A stretch of DNA of 64,000 nt from Eledone cirrhosa (taxonomy: Eukaryota). The notes beneath the pieces are model-generated. The model was not told the origin of the DNA, did no database searches, and saw nothing but the letters and a program-made list of their open reading frames with translations. The translations under genes and the position numbers were made by a program. Positions within the stretch are counted from its first letter, which is position 1. The number at the start of each line of letters is the position of its first letter. The stretch lies in assembly GCA_964016885.1 (NCBI GenBank), contig OZ024740.1, positions 212,598,001-212,662,000 on the forward strand, given 5' to 3'. Of the stretch, positions 52,015 through 64,000 are shown in pieces.

Positions 52015-52199
52015 AGTGGTCGTGGTCATAGTGGTAGTAGAAGTAATACCCCTAAGCGTTATTATTGTTCATTTATATATATATAAACAATGAGTTGTTT
52101 GGTTATTCAACAAAGTTAATTTTACAACAGATTAGAAGCACTCAATAGAATTTTATCTGGAGTATCATTAATATCAATAATATTAATAAATGGAAAATA

Positions 52200-52515
52200 T
52201 CTAACAACGATGTCTGGACTAAAGCTGATAGACCGAAGAATTTTGATATTACGATGGGCTCTTCGGATTCAGCTCAGGTCACAGACCTGGTTGGCATGTT
52301 CATTCTTAATGCCTTACATAGGAAATTGCCGGAGGTTTATATCGTGATGATGCGTTATTTATAGTAGATAAACATAACAATAGTGAACTTAGCAGAAAAA
52401 GAAAATTATTATAGAATTCTTCAATAATTATGGCCTTAACTTAGAAATAGAAAATGATAATAAAATTGTTAATTTCTTAGACGTTACACTAAACCTTAAC
52501 GCTGGCCTATATAAC
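52200..52515 (+). mobile_element. Penelope-like RT core fragment (different family)
   Basis: NFDITMGSSDSAQVTDLVGMFIL ... YRDDAL ... VNFLDVTLNL, with frameshifts. Confidence 0.75.
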
Positions 52516-53201
52516 CACTACCTTCGGGCCGCAGAGGTCTACAGACCATTACTCTCTCTCTCTTGGTCGCAGACTACACCAGCCTCATGAACCAACAACA
52601 AAATAACATTGTCAACCTTCGCAACTCATGGTAACTTGTTTATTATTCTTTATGGGGCATATTAGAAAGATCTACTGCCTGTGTGAATGGGTCGAAATTT
52701 TGTCGCCTTTGTAATTCTGAAAAATGGGTATATACTTTCACAACTAGCTTCAGATAAACACTGCCTCGACACATGATTTGATTACGTTGGCAGTTGTCTT
52801 CGTGAGAAGTATATTTTGAGTAATGGTCTAGACATATTTTGAGTAATGATCTTTGATTTGCTGACTATTTTGTATATCAATGAAATAGGATTCTTTGAGT
52901 CAGCTGGAAAAAATTATTTTCTTCTATTTTCATTCAATCTTGACTGTGGTCTCTCAAGAGTTATCTCCCTCGATCTTACCCTCTAATTTAAAAACAAAAC
53001 CCTTTTTTAACTAATTTCAAAATTGCCTGCCTTTGTTTAAACTTTATGATATATTTCTAAAAGGAAATCACACTCGACCCTAAGCGGCCATCTTTATTTC
53101 TATTTTTCTTATGACAGGCTGAATGAGTTGGAGTCGAGAACCCAACGAAACTTAAGTACCTGTTTATGTCACTGTTGTAATTATATCTATCTATCTATAT
53201 A

Positions 53202-53301
<100 letters not shown>

Positions 53302-53796
53302 TTAGGCGAGTTGGTCTCATCAAAAGCACCACCGGATCCCAACTGCCTAATTTAATAGAAAGTAAATATTGTAGAATGTTCATACAATTTACCAGTATTT
53401 AAGTAATTTATTTACATAAATTGAGCTGAGTAGAGCTGGCATGCCAAAACAAATGAAACAAACGAATTAAGATTTCAGAAGGCACGGTCTACTGGCTGAA
53501 GTGTTTGCCAGGCAGTGGTTATATTGTTGTGTTACATATTGGCTATTGATTTCACGGTGAAAGAAAAATAGTTGTTTACCTTTCCACGGTCAAAGCTGCA
53601 AAGAGAGATTTTTTGAGCTGACGCGACAATTTTTCCTGCAGGGCGTGTAGAGATACATTCTCCTCCGCTGGCGGCGATTGGCTGAGCTGAACCAAATAAC
53701 GCACGGAGAATGTATCATTGCACCCAAGGAACGTAGGTCACTACATATATATACATACATATATATATATATAATTACAACAGTGAGATAAACATA

Positions 53797-54590
53797 AATT
53801 TGTGTTCCAGCCGAGGTAGGAGGCCATGCTGGGGCACCACCACCAATGCTACACTTTCTATTCCTAGCCTTCCCTGGTTTGCTATTGATGCAAAAGGGAG
53901 TTTGTTGTTGCTGCTCTTGTTTGTGCTTCGCCTCGTGCTGTGGGTTCATCTGGGATCTTGGTCAGTAGAATGTTGTGATGTCTCTTGAAAACATCTACAT
54001 GTACAACATGTAGATCTCTCAGATATTTTGGCGGCTTATTAAAAATCTGGGGTCCCTTGAACCCCAGGCTATTGTAGTATGTGGTCCTTATTCTAGGTGC
54101 GACGGATGAGACCTTTGGCACCACACAGTGGTGTCCTTTTCACGGGCTAATCCTGCCTTCAACGCCGAAGTTTGGTGCTAACACTTCCAGGATCATCCAT
54201 ATGTATATGACTGCGTATCTCTCCCGTCTCCGCTCCAAGGAGTAAAGCTTTAATTTCTTCAGCCTCTCCCAGAAGCTCATCTCTTTCATTGAGGAGATCC
54301 TCTTGGTGTAGCTTCGTTGGATTCCTCAAGTTATTTTGTCATTGTGGGACGACCACAGCTGAGAGCAATAGTCCAGTCGGCTGAGGACGAAAGTCTTCCA
54401 GAGGACCAACATGGTTTCTGAGTCTCTTGTCCTGAATGTCCTCAGAATCCAGCCCACCAGTCGTCATTTTGGTGTGTGCAAGAAACGATGCATCATTGCT
54501 CATCTCAATATCCAGGTCCCGTATTGATTTTGATTTAGGGAATTCGATTCCTCTTGATCCAGTGTACTTTTTGTGGTGGTCCGATGTTTG
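53797..54590 (-). mobile_element. CR1-like LINE 3' fragment
   Basis: IRDLDIEMS, WERLKKLKLYSLERRRERYAVIYIW and KIPDEP...AATTNSL. The 3' UTR contains ggtggtgccccagcatggcc. Confidence 0.75.
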
Positions 54591-55170
54591 TAGGTTGAGA
54601 GCGGAGGGGTTGAAAGTTACCTTTATTAAATTGTCTTTTATCTGTGTCATTGTACTAATGTGTATATTTCTAAAAATAGTTTTTTTCAAAGAATCTCTGT
54701 TCTTTAAAATCCCATGGCCAATGACCTCTACCCGTTCTCAAAATCACCACCTTCCATAACCACCAGAAAACATAAAAATATCACCATATTACAAGGACAG
54801 TTGGATTTGCTAATGATTTCTCCCGAATGAAACAGTTCTAGTCCTGTAGAAGCTATTTCTATATTAAATATTTATACTCTGCTATGTATTGAATACCTAA
54901 CTTACTGTGGTTACCCCCGTTTGAACCCGGGATAAACATGTATATATGTGTGTAATTTCAAAATTAGTTTATGTGGGTTAAAATGATGCAATTAAAAATA
55001 TGTGGGACGTATAATACATGAATCAGAAAACTCAGAAGTGAAAAGCACACGGACAATTCCCGCTTATCGGCTATCTTTTGGGGATCAATATAGTTTCGGA
55101 TGCTTCCAGAGACTCACCACCAGTGCATCAATAGTATCTAATGATAGCTGTTTGGGGTGAAAACACAGCG

Positions 55171-55826
55171 GACATTGGACAAAAAAAAAGATGAAATATC
55201 TATTTACCGACATTGGACAAAAAAAAAAGATGAAATATCTATTTACCGACATTGGACAAAAAAAAAAGATGAAATATCTATTTACCGACATTGGACAAAA
55301 AAAAAGATGAAATATCTATTTACCGACATTGGACAAAAAAAAAAAGATGAAATATCTATTTACCGACATTGGACAAAAAAAAAGATGAAATATCTATTTA
55401 CCGACATTGGACAAAAAAAAAGATGAAATATCTATTTACCGACATTGGACAAAAAAAAAGATGAAATATCTATTTACCGACATTGGACAAAAAAAAAGAT
55501 GAAATATCTATTTACCGACATTGGACAAAAAAAAAGATGAAATATCTATTTACCGACATTGGACAAAAAAAAAAAGATGAAATATCTATTTACCGACATT
55601 GGACAAAAAAAAAAGATGAAATATCTATTTACCGACATTGGACAAAAAAAAAGATGAAATATCTATTTACCGACATTGGACAAAAAAAAAGATGAAATAT
55701 CTATTTACCGACATTGGACAAAAAAAAAGATGAAATATCTATTTACCGACATTGGACAAAAAAAAAGATGAAATATCTATTTACCGACATTGGACAAAAA
55801 AAAAAGATGAAATATCTATTTACCGA
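55171..55826. repeat. 38-40 bp near-perfect tandem repeat, ~17 copies
   Basis: GACATTGGAC(A)9-11GATGAAATATCTATTTACC. Only the A-tract length varies. Confidence 0.97.
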
Positions 55827-55959
55827 TATGGAAGAGGAAAATTGCTATAATCGAAAGCAACACACAAAAGCTGGTAGGCAATTGTAATATGAATAAAGAA
55901 ATTAATCTAATTAATACAAGTTAGTTCGAGCGATCGCCCTAGAGTTAATATTAATATGG

Positions 55960-56178
55960 GCAGGGGAGTGGCAGTATTGATGGAGCGACGGACAACATGC
56001 TTTATGGCATTGAGTTACGGCCTTTTACGATCTGAGTTCAAATTCTGCCGACGTTAACTTTGCCTTTCATCCTTACGGGGTCAATAAAATAATGTACCCG
56101 TAATGCACTGGGATCGAATTAATCGACTTTCCTCTTTCCTAAAATTGTTGGCCTTGTGCTTAAATCAGAAACTAATAT
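55960..56178 (+). mobile_element. SINE, more diverged and longer subfamily
   Basis: Same head and core, with an extra gatcgaattaatcgactttcctctttcctaa segment before the tail. Confidence 0.8.
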
Positions 56179-56214
56179 TTGAGTTAGTAGTAAAGAAAGC
56201 CAATAAATGGAAAT

Positions 56215-56475
56215 CTGGTATCGATAAAGCGTGAAACCTCTGGTTATCTACTCTAACAGTTACCCATGATACGTTGATAAAATGTTATAGCGAAATTATG
56301 CACAACCCTGAGAAAACTCCTAATTGGATTGTACAAGATATAATATATCAAAATCGACAGGAACAAAAGCTTATCGTGCCATCCCTTGCCTTCCCACATC
56401 TTACACAATCCCCTTCACGATCTTGATTGAGACAACCTACAAATTTATGGATGAAAATCATATTTTCCCTATTGA
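56215..56475 (+). mobile_element. Degenerate R4-like RT N-terminal fragment
   Basis: IKCYSEIMHNPEKTPNWI ... YRAIPCLPTSY ... YKFMDENHIFP parallels PEWLTKG/YKPITCL/NNLLP at 62646-62936. Confidence 0.45.
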
Positions 56476-57136
56476 CACGACCAATAGTGATAGAATGTGT
56501 ACATCGCTTCTTTATACTCTTCTCGACTCCATTTGATACGTTTAGGTTTTTATTTTCCTTGTGCTGCTGAACTTTTAAGGGCTTGGATTGAGTTTATTCT
56601 CGTTCAAGTGATCATTCAAGTCCGTATTTGGAGTAGAGCGTATTTGGAGAAGAGGCTGAACCCTCCCTGGAGGACGTGCAGCCCTTGTTGACCTGCTAGC
56701 CATGAAGAAAGAACTCGTGTGGTGGACGCATTTGAAAGGGTTGAAAAGAAGCACCTTCCTCTTCGGTGAAGAGAAAAATCAGAGCGGAAAATGAAGTACT
56801 ACCTTCCAACCAGTTTGTTGAAAAATTGGTGGGAGTGGCGAACATGGTCTGATTAAATGGGCTTGCTCTGAGATTACAGCTGTAGACTTAAGGAGAAAAA
56901 CTGAGAGGGGCAATTCCCTCTACGATCAGAGTGACCGTGACTTTTTGTGGGCTTTCTCCACTAGTTACCCTCGAAGATGCCCCCCCCCCCCTTATTGGGG
57001 CTTTTGATTTGTCTGATTTTTTTAAAGTGAATGTTTATATTTTAAATTTGTTATAATTATTTACACACAAAAACCCACATCATATCGTCTTGTACTGTCT
57101 TTATTGTTTGCCTAATGTCAGCCCTGTGTGGCTACA

Positions 57137-57330
57137 GTGGATTGGCAGTAATCGGTAGAGCGTCAGACACCATGCTTTTCAGCATAGTTATGGCCCTTTA
57201 CGTTCTGAGTTCAAATTCCGCCAGGTTAAACTTTGCCTTTCATCCTTTCGGGGTCGATAAGATAAAGCACCAGAAATGCACTGGGTAATTGCTGGCCTTG
57301 TGCCAAAAGGAGAAATATTACTATTATTAT
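57137..57330 (+). mobile_element. SINE with TTA tail abutting an R4 element 3' end
   Basis: Consensus match; tail tattactattattatt. Confidence 0.88.
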
Positions 57331-60290
57331 TGTTGTGCTATTTCGTTTAGTTCGGTTCTGTTTCTCTATTGCCAGGTTCAGGCCTAGAACCTAAGGCAAT
57401 AGATGTTTTCATTGTAGAGTAAGAACTCATCTGAGAATGTGTGCTGTTCCTAGTAGCCCGAGCTTCTGTAGCTCATATTTGCTGATCTTGTAGGGAAGGA
57501 CGCTAAGGTGTGGGTCTGAGAATTTGGGTATTAATCCTAATGCTCCTATTACCACATGGATAGTGTTTGTGGTCATCTTCCACATGCGGTTGATCTCTAT
57601 TTCCAGGTCTTTGTATTTTGATAGTTTTCCCATTGCTTTTATAGATGTATTGTTGTCAGCTGGTACAGAAATATCTATAAGGCTACATGTCCGATCTGTT
57701 TTGTTTTTTATGATGATATCTGGTTTGTTGGCAGCGATTTCTCGGTCGGTTATCACAGGCATATCCCACAAGATGGATATGTTGCCATTTTCCATGACTG
57801 TTTTTGGTTGATGCTCATACCATTTGTTAGAAGTTTGGATGTTATGAGAGTGGCAGAGCATCCAGTGCACATATTTGGCAATGCGGTTGTGTCTTTCGAT
57901 ATGGTCATTGTTAGCTATGGACACCCAGAGATAACATGATCTACTGTTTCTTCATGTTTGTAGCATATTCTGCATAGAGGGTTAGTCCCATCTTTCACTG
58001 TTCTGTGTCTATAGGCCCGAGTGTTTAGAGATTGGTCTTGTGCAGCAACTAAGAGTCCCTCAGTCTCTGCTTTCAAACCAGCACTTCTGAGCCATGATAG
58101 TGAGCCATGCTGATCGATATCATCGTCAGAAAGTCGTTCTGGGAATCTACTATTTAGTGGTTTTGCCTTCCATTCACAGTTTAGTTCCTCTGTTTGGAGT
58201 ATCTTTGCTTTGATCTTCAGTCATACCTAGCTGAGCAACACTCTGTTGTTGATTTACTATTGGTATGTCTTGTTCCATGTTCAGTTTTTGCCTAAATTTT
58301 CTTGCCATCTTTTGTTATTGAGTGTAGTTTCTTGGGTACAGGTATAAAGAGTTTATCTCGTTTCTGTTTTGTATGCAGCTTCCAGTTGTCGGAGCTCCCT
58401 TGCACATTCTCTCCTTGAGATATACAGCCTATGTACATCGGCTTTAGGGTGATGCTTTTTTTCCGTTGTCAATAGTTTCTTTGTCTTAGTGTCCCGCCTT
58501 TGTAGTTCTTGCAGGTTCCATTTTATGATGTGAAAGATGTATGTTACAACTGATACTGCTAGACTGTTAATGGCTTTGAACTTTTTTCAGGAATTTAGCT
58601 CACTTTTTGTTACCAGTCTCACTCTCCTTCTGTACTCCTTCCGTATCTTTTCCTTCATACTTGCATACTGGATTCCATCTCCTTCATTAACTCCAAGATA
58701 TTTGTAGAACTCTTCATTAAGTTCCTTTATGGTGGTTTGTTGGTCTATGACAATATCTTTATGGTTAGAGAGCAACCCTCTCTTGAATGCCACATTGCAC
58801 ACTTGTCCAGTCCAAATTCTATATGGATGTCATCACTGAATTATTTCACTGTGTGCAATAAACCTTTCAGCTGTCCATCATTGTTTCCAAATAACTTGAT
58901 ATCATCCATATAAAGAAGGTGACTGTAGTGTCTGTTGTCTATTTTATATCCCTAGCCTGTCCTCCGCAGTAACCGGCTTAACGGAGCTAGTGACATACAG
59001 AACAGGGAAGGAGACAATGATCCATGAATGAGGTACACTGTCGAATGCCTTCTTGTAGTCTATCCAGACCAGTACAGGTTTTTCTTTTTCTGTTTGCAGT
59101 TTTCCGTTATGAGTCTTATTTACCAGTAGTGATCTTTGCACCCATAACTCTCGCGTTTACAGCCTTTTTGTTCAGGTGGCAATAGTCCCCTCAGACGAGG
59201 TAATTTTAGACCCTGTTAGTAATCACTGATGTCAGGGCTTTGGACATCGTTGGGAGACATGTAATTGGTCTGTAGTTTTTTGGATTTTATGTGCATTTAT
59301 TCTTTGGTAGAAGATACGTTATACCATTTGTCAGCCAGTTTGGGACTTCTCTTGGGTTTGCTACAATCCTGGAGAATTCAGCAGCCAAGGCTTCATGGAG
59401 CACATCCAGATGTTTCAGTCAGAAATTCTGTACGCCATCTCTGCCGGTGTTTTCCAGTTTCCAACTTTTCTGATTGCTGTTTTTATTTCTTGTGAGGTGA
59501 TCTCATTCCATTCCTGGGTATAAGCAGGGATTCCCAGTTGTTCCAGCCATGTGGCATTGGAGTTGTGGTCTTTTCCCCAGATATTTCCCCAAAGGTGTTC
59601 AACCTCATCAAGCTCAGGTGGTTGCCTTATTTCTATATTTTTCTTACCTAATTCTCTGTAAAATCTTTTGGCATCTTCGGCAGAAACTTTGTTTTGTTTA
59701 AAGAAGTTAGCTAATTTTTTTTTTTTGCATCTTTTTAGTCTCTGCACCTTTGCCTGTATCTTTTGGTTGATTAATTCAACAGTTCCTTTCCAGTCTGCTT
59801 CTCGGTTGGTCTTGTTTTTCTTCCTCTACCGAGAAAGCTTTTGGTGGTTGATGTCAGTTCCCTTGTCTATTTCAGATACGAAAGCGACATCTCTCCGCAA
59901 CTTTGTAATTGTGTTCTCCAGCTGTGTCTGCCATTTCGGTATTCCCCTTGTGTTTATTTTCCCTGTTCGTATTTTGAGGTGCAGCTTGTCAGCAATCACG
60001 GTTGTAGTGGATATAGCAGATGGTTAATCTCATCAAGTGGCAGTGGTTTTTTGTGTTCGCCTCTGATTACTTCTAGCGTTTTATTAGCTAGGTTGACCTT
60101 CTTCTTTAGCTGATGCGTGACTTTGGGCACTTTCTGGAGTTTTGTCCGGTCTATCAAGTCCTGTATTTTCAGAATCTCCCACTCACGCAGAATATCTTCC
60201 TTCATTGTCCAGACAGCAGCATCAACCAGTGAGACATCACCTACATCTGTGGGAGTACCATCATGTTGTTAAAGGGTTATTTTTCTGTCT
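57331..60290 (-). mobile_element. R4/Dong-clade non-LTR retrotransposon, degenerate
   Basis: WIDYKKAFDSVPHSWI, HLLYMDDIKL, YKYLGV, AAQDQSLNTR, CCHC knuckle LCRIC...TVDHVISGC, and RLE motif NKPDIIIK...LIDISVP...KYKDL. Confidence 0.9.
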
Positions 60291-60612
60291 GGGTACTCTC
60301 CCAAATCGGCTGACCCTAGTATAGGTCTAACCAACGCGCCAGTGGGGCTCGTGGATCAATGAAATATCGGGCACCATGCCGATATTAACAGGGCGTGGGG
60401 TCCCATTAAGGCTCCCCCAGTCCCTGGCGCTTGATTTTTCTTTAATTTCTTCTCAACAATGATACCTCCAGTTATGAATATCGTAAGTTCATTAACTTCA
60501 ATAATTTTCAAAATGACAGTAAATAACACTACAATCCATTACCAAAATAATGTCCAAGACATTACTTCTAGATAAATGTATATTTATCACTTCTAGATAA
60601 ATGTATATTTAT

Positions 60613-60738
60613 GTTCTGAGTTCAAATCCCGCCGAGGTTAAATTTGTCTTTCATCCTTACGGGGTCAATAAAATAAAGTACCGGTAATGCACTGGGGTAA
60701 TTGCTGGCCTCGTGCCAAAAGTAGAAACAATTATTATT
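60613..60738 (+). mobile_element. 5'-truncated SINE with long TTA tail
   Basis: B box to tail matches the consensus. Confidence 0.85.
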
Positions 60739-60756
60739 AGTATTATTATTATTATT

Positions 60757-61375
60757 CTTGGATCTCAGTCATTGATGTTATTTAACTGGAAAGTTTGTTG
60801 AAATGAACATCAAGCCGCTACCTGCAGCCTCAGATATTCAAAATGTATCGGGGGGTTCTTGCTGTTCCCAGCAAGCATGCCTGTTGAAGTGTTCCAAAAA
60901 AGGAAGCTGTACCAATGTTCTTTAACCATCATTGAAAACTCTTTGAGATAGTACCTAGTGTTCCTATGACAATCGGGATGACCTTGATCTCATGACAGTC
61001 CCAAGCCCTTTTTAATTCCCACTTTAAATCCTGGTATCGGTTAATTTTTTCCTTCTCCTTTTCTTGCACTCTTGTGTCAAAGGGGCAGACTACATCTATA
61101 ATCAGGAATGATCTTTTTTTCCTTGTCAAAAATCACCGGGTCAGGCCTATTGTGTTCTAATTTCTTGTCCGTCTGTATCCTGAAATCCCATAGCACCTTC
61201 ACTTGATCCCTTTCTATCACTGACTCTGGCTTATGCTCATACCACATCTCAGAATGTAGTAAATTATTTAGTTTGCATAAACGCCAGTGAATCACCTTTC
61301 CTATTATACAGTGCCTCCGTCGTCTATAATGATTCTGATCTAGGAGTTTACACTTGGATACGATGTGAACCACAG

Positions 61376-61449
<74 letters not shown>

Positions 61450-63978
61450 GTCTATCTTTCTTTCTCTCTCTCTCTCTCGCTCGCTTCACAGATCCTACAG
61501 AGTGGGCTAGCCTCCTCCTTGTTAATATGGTGTTTCACCCACCTCATTATGATGGCTTATTCTTGTGCAGCCAGTAGCATTCCTTCTGTAGCTTTTTTAA
61601 GGTCTCCTCTTTTTAACCAGCTCCATGTCTGTGGATCTCTGAATTCCGTTTTCTTAAAAAAGGTGCTATGAAGGTTGCTCTTTCTCTTTGTTGTTACTTC
61701 CTTTTTGCACATCCCATGATCTATTGTCTTCTCCTTAATTACAACTTTGAGCATCGACTCCCTACTCTCAGACACATGTTTGTGTAGACAGCTCTTCTCC
61801 ACCTGAACACAGTCCTCTATGCTGATAAGACTTCTTCCGCCTTCAGATCTCTTTAAGTAGTGCCTACCAATATCACTCCTCTTGTGGAAAATGCTGTAGG
61901 TAGTCATTAGCTTCCTATCCATTTCTTTTTGTTCAGCAACATTCCATTTAAGAAATCCCGCACTGTACCTAATAATAGACACAGCTCGGGAATTTACTGC
62001 ACTTATGACATTCTTACAATTTAGATGTGATTTTAGTATGTTCTTACTCTCCTTATGTATTCAGATTTTATCAACTTCTTCAGTTTATTGTTCTTAATGT
62101 CATCTGCCTCCAGAACACACAAATACCTGTATCACCCTTCAGTGTCGATTTCCTTAATTATATCACCTATTGGTACCTGGATTCCGTTGCTTCTGTTCAA
62201 TTTACGCCTCTTCATCAATAGGACTCCACACTTATTAACACCAAATTCCATATATCATTGCTGGAAATACGAACAGTGCTAACAAGTGCATCCAACTTCT
62301 CGCTTTTCCCAAAGGTTTTAGATCATCCATGAAGAGGAGGTGGTTGATGGTAAATTCTCCTCTTCTCAGCTTGTATCCTGCTTTCACTTTTCGCAATATG
62401 AGGGTAAGGATAAACAACAAAGGGGACAAACTATCTCCCTGGAAGATACCTCTCTTGATCTTCACTCCTTCCAAGGATTCTCCATCTGATGTTAGCTCTG
62501 TTTTCCAGGTCTTCATACTATTACTTAATCGCTGTCTGATATTGTCTGCTACCTTGAAGATCATTAGGCTTTTGGTTATCCAAGAATGAGGAACCATGTC
62601 GAATACCTTCTTGTAGTCTATCTATCTCAATGCAAGACCAGTATGCTACCTCTTGCAATTCCTTATTACCATCTTATCAATAAGTAACTGGTCTTTTGTA
62701 CCAGGAGACTTCTTTCGGCATCCTTTCTGTTCGTCTGGTAACAAGTTGTTTATGTGGAGGTGATAGTAGATTTCCTCAGACACAATGTTTGTTAGCAGTT
62801 TCCACATTATGGACAGACATGTAATAGGCTTATAGTTGATAATCTCACTACCATTCATTCGGTCTTTCATTACCAGAACTGTGGTACCTTTTGTCAACCA
62901 CTCTGGTACTTCACCCGACCGACACCAAGCAGTCATTGAACATGGTTGTCAGTTTTGGGTGGAGGGACATTATACGTTTTGTCCAATATCCTTGCACACC
63001 ATCTGGGCCTGGTAATTTCCAGTTAGTTAATTTATCGGTCTGCTTTTTAAGAGTTTCAACCGTGATACTCAAATCAGGTTGTTGGTGTGCTTGTTCACTA
63101 ACCTCCTTTTTAACTGTCTCAATCCACACTTCTTGACTATTATGTTCAACATCCTGCTTCCATATTCCTCTCCAAAATGCGTTGGTCTGTTCAGCTTCAG
63201 GGATCGCGTCGTTACCTCTTTCTTTCCCTTCAAGCTGTTCAAATGACATCGTCTGGTTGTTGTCAAACATGCAGTTCTGTCTATATTGACTAACTCAGTT
63301 CTCATATCATTTAATCCTTGCACTTTTTGCTCAAATGCGTTGCTTAAGCTCCTCTATGATAGCATTTAGTTATTTTCCCTTATCTATCCTTAGTGTCTAT
63401 GATTTGTAATGTCTCAAGTTTTCCAATATCTTTTCTCATTTCCTTGATCTCACCTTTCAGTCGTTTCTTCCACCAAGGCTCTGCCCTTTCTTGTTGGTCG
63501 TTTCCTCTCGTTTTTATACCAAACAATTTTGTCATCACATTTGCAGTTGCTTTGAGGATGTTGTTGCATTGGTGAATGTTTTTCTCCTCAAAGTATGGGT
63601 CGACCCTGTTTACCTTAGTTGTCGTTTCCTTTAACTTTTTCCTGTCTACATAGGTTTTCCACTATCATTGTTCATTTTATCTACCACTAAGTACAGAATA
63701 TCAACAACATCTTTCCCTAGCCCGTCAGCATTCATTTCCACAATGGCCGTTCCTTTGTTCCAGATGTTATTCATTTCAGCATTCAGGTCATTGTCTGCTT
63801 CGGTAGCTTCCTCAGGTCTCTCAACCTCTTCACCCTCATCTTCTAGTGGCTCATTTGCTTGCTATACCCCACTTTCCATTTCCAACTTAATCTCTCTACT
63901 CAGTTCCTCCAGTCCCAACTCGCTTATCCATCCATTAGTTCTTATTACACGAGCCTGACTCGCCAATTTTTGTTCATT
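60757..63978 (-). mobile_element. Second R4/Dong-clade non-LTR retrotransposon (different family), degenerate, with internal (CT)n
   Basis: EQKLASQARVIR N-terminus, PGPDGVQGYW, DQLLID, GIFQGDSLSPLLF, HLLFMDDLK, LLAAQE, HNRPD, IIDVVCP and PIVIGTLG. Confidence 0.9.
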
Positions 63979-64000
63979 ATCGGTAGAGGGTCGGACGCCA

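Noticed and set aside
55085-55826. CRISPR array or repeat-protein ORFs
   Set aside because: This is a pure tandem repeat with no spacers, and the A-tract variation shifts the frame.

Overview
Eukaryotic, gene-free, repeat-dominated DNA. The SINE family resembles octopod cephalopod tRNA/Nin-type SINEs, but the taxon is an inference. Bases 1-11764 are a 15-bp tandem array (CCTCCTAAGGTTYTA; opposite strand TTAGGAGGTARAACC). It is oriented like a left chromosome end, carries ~1.9-kb higher-order repeats and decays inward, so it is a candidate non-canonical telomere or subtelomeric satellite. Next come a decayed Helitron RepHel and a 1.7-kb fold-back element with Merlin-like ends and an 8-bp TSD whose empty site is also in the window. 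Both arms of the fold-back carry a captured first coding exon resembling the host gene RMND5 plus a Tx1-LINE 3' end. A composite macrosatellite (46-bp minisatellite alternating with CT-rich blocks) follows and is segmentally duplicated. The rest holds an L1/Tx1 fragment, several Penelope-like inverted repeats with hammerhead ribozyme motifs (one a clean U3-A8 core variant with a GUC site), MITEs, CR1 and R4/Dong LINE remnants, and about 11 SINE copies. No intact host gene is visible, and most listed ORFs are repeat artefacts.
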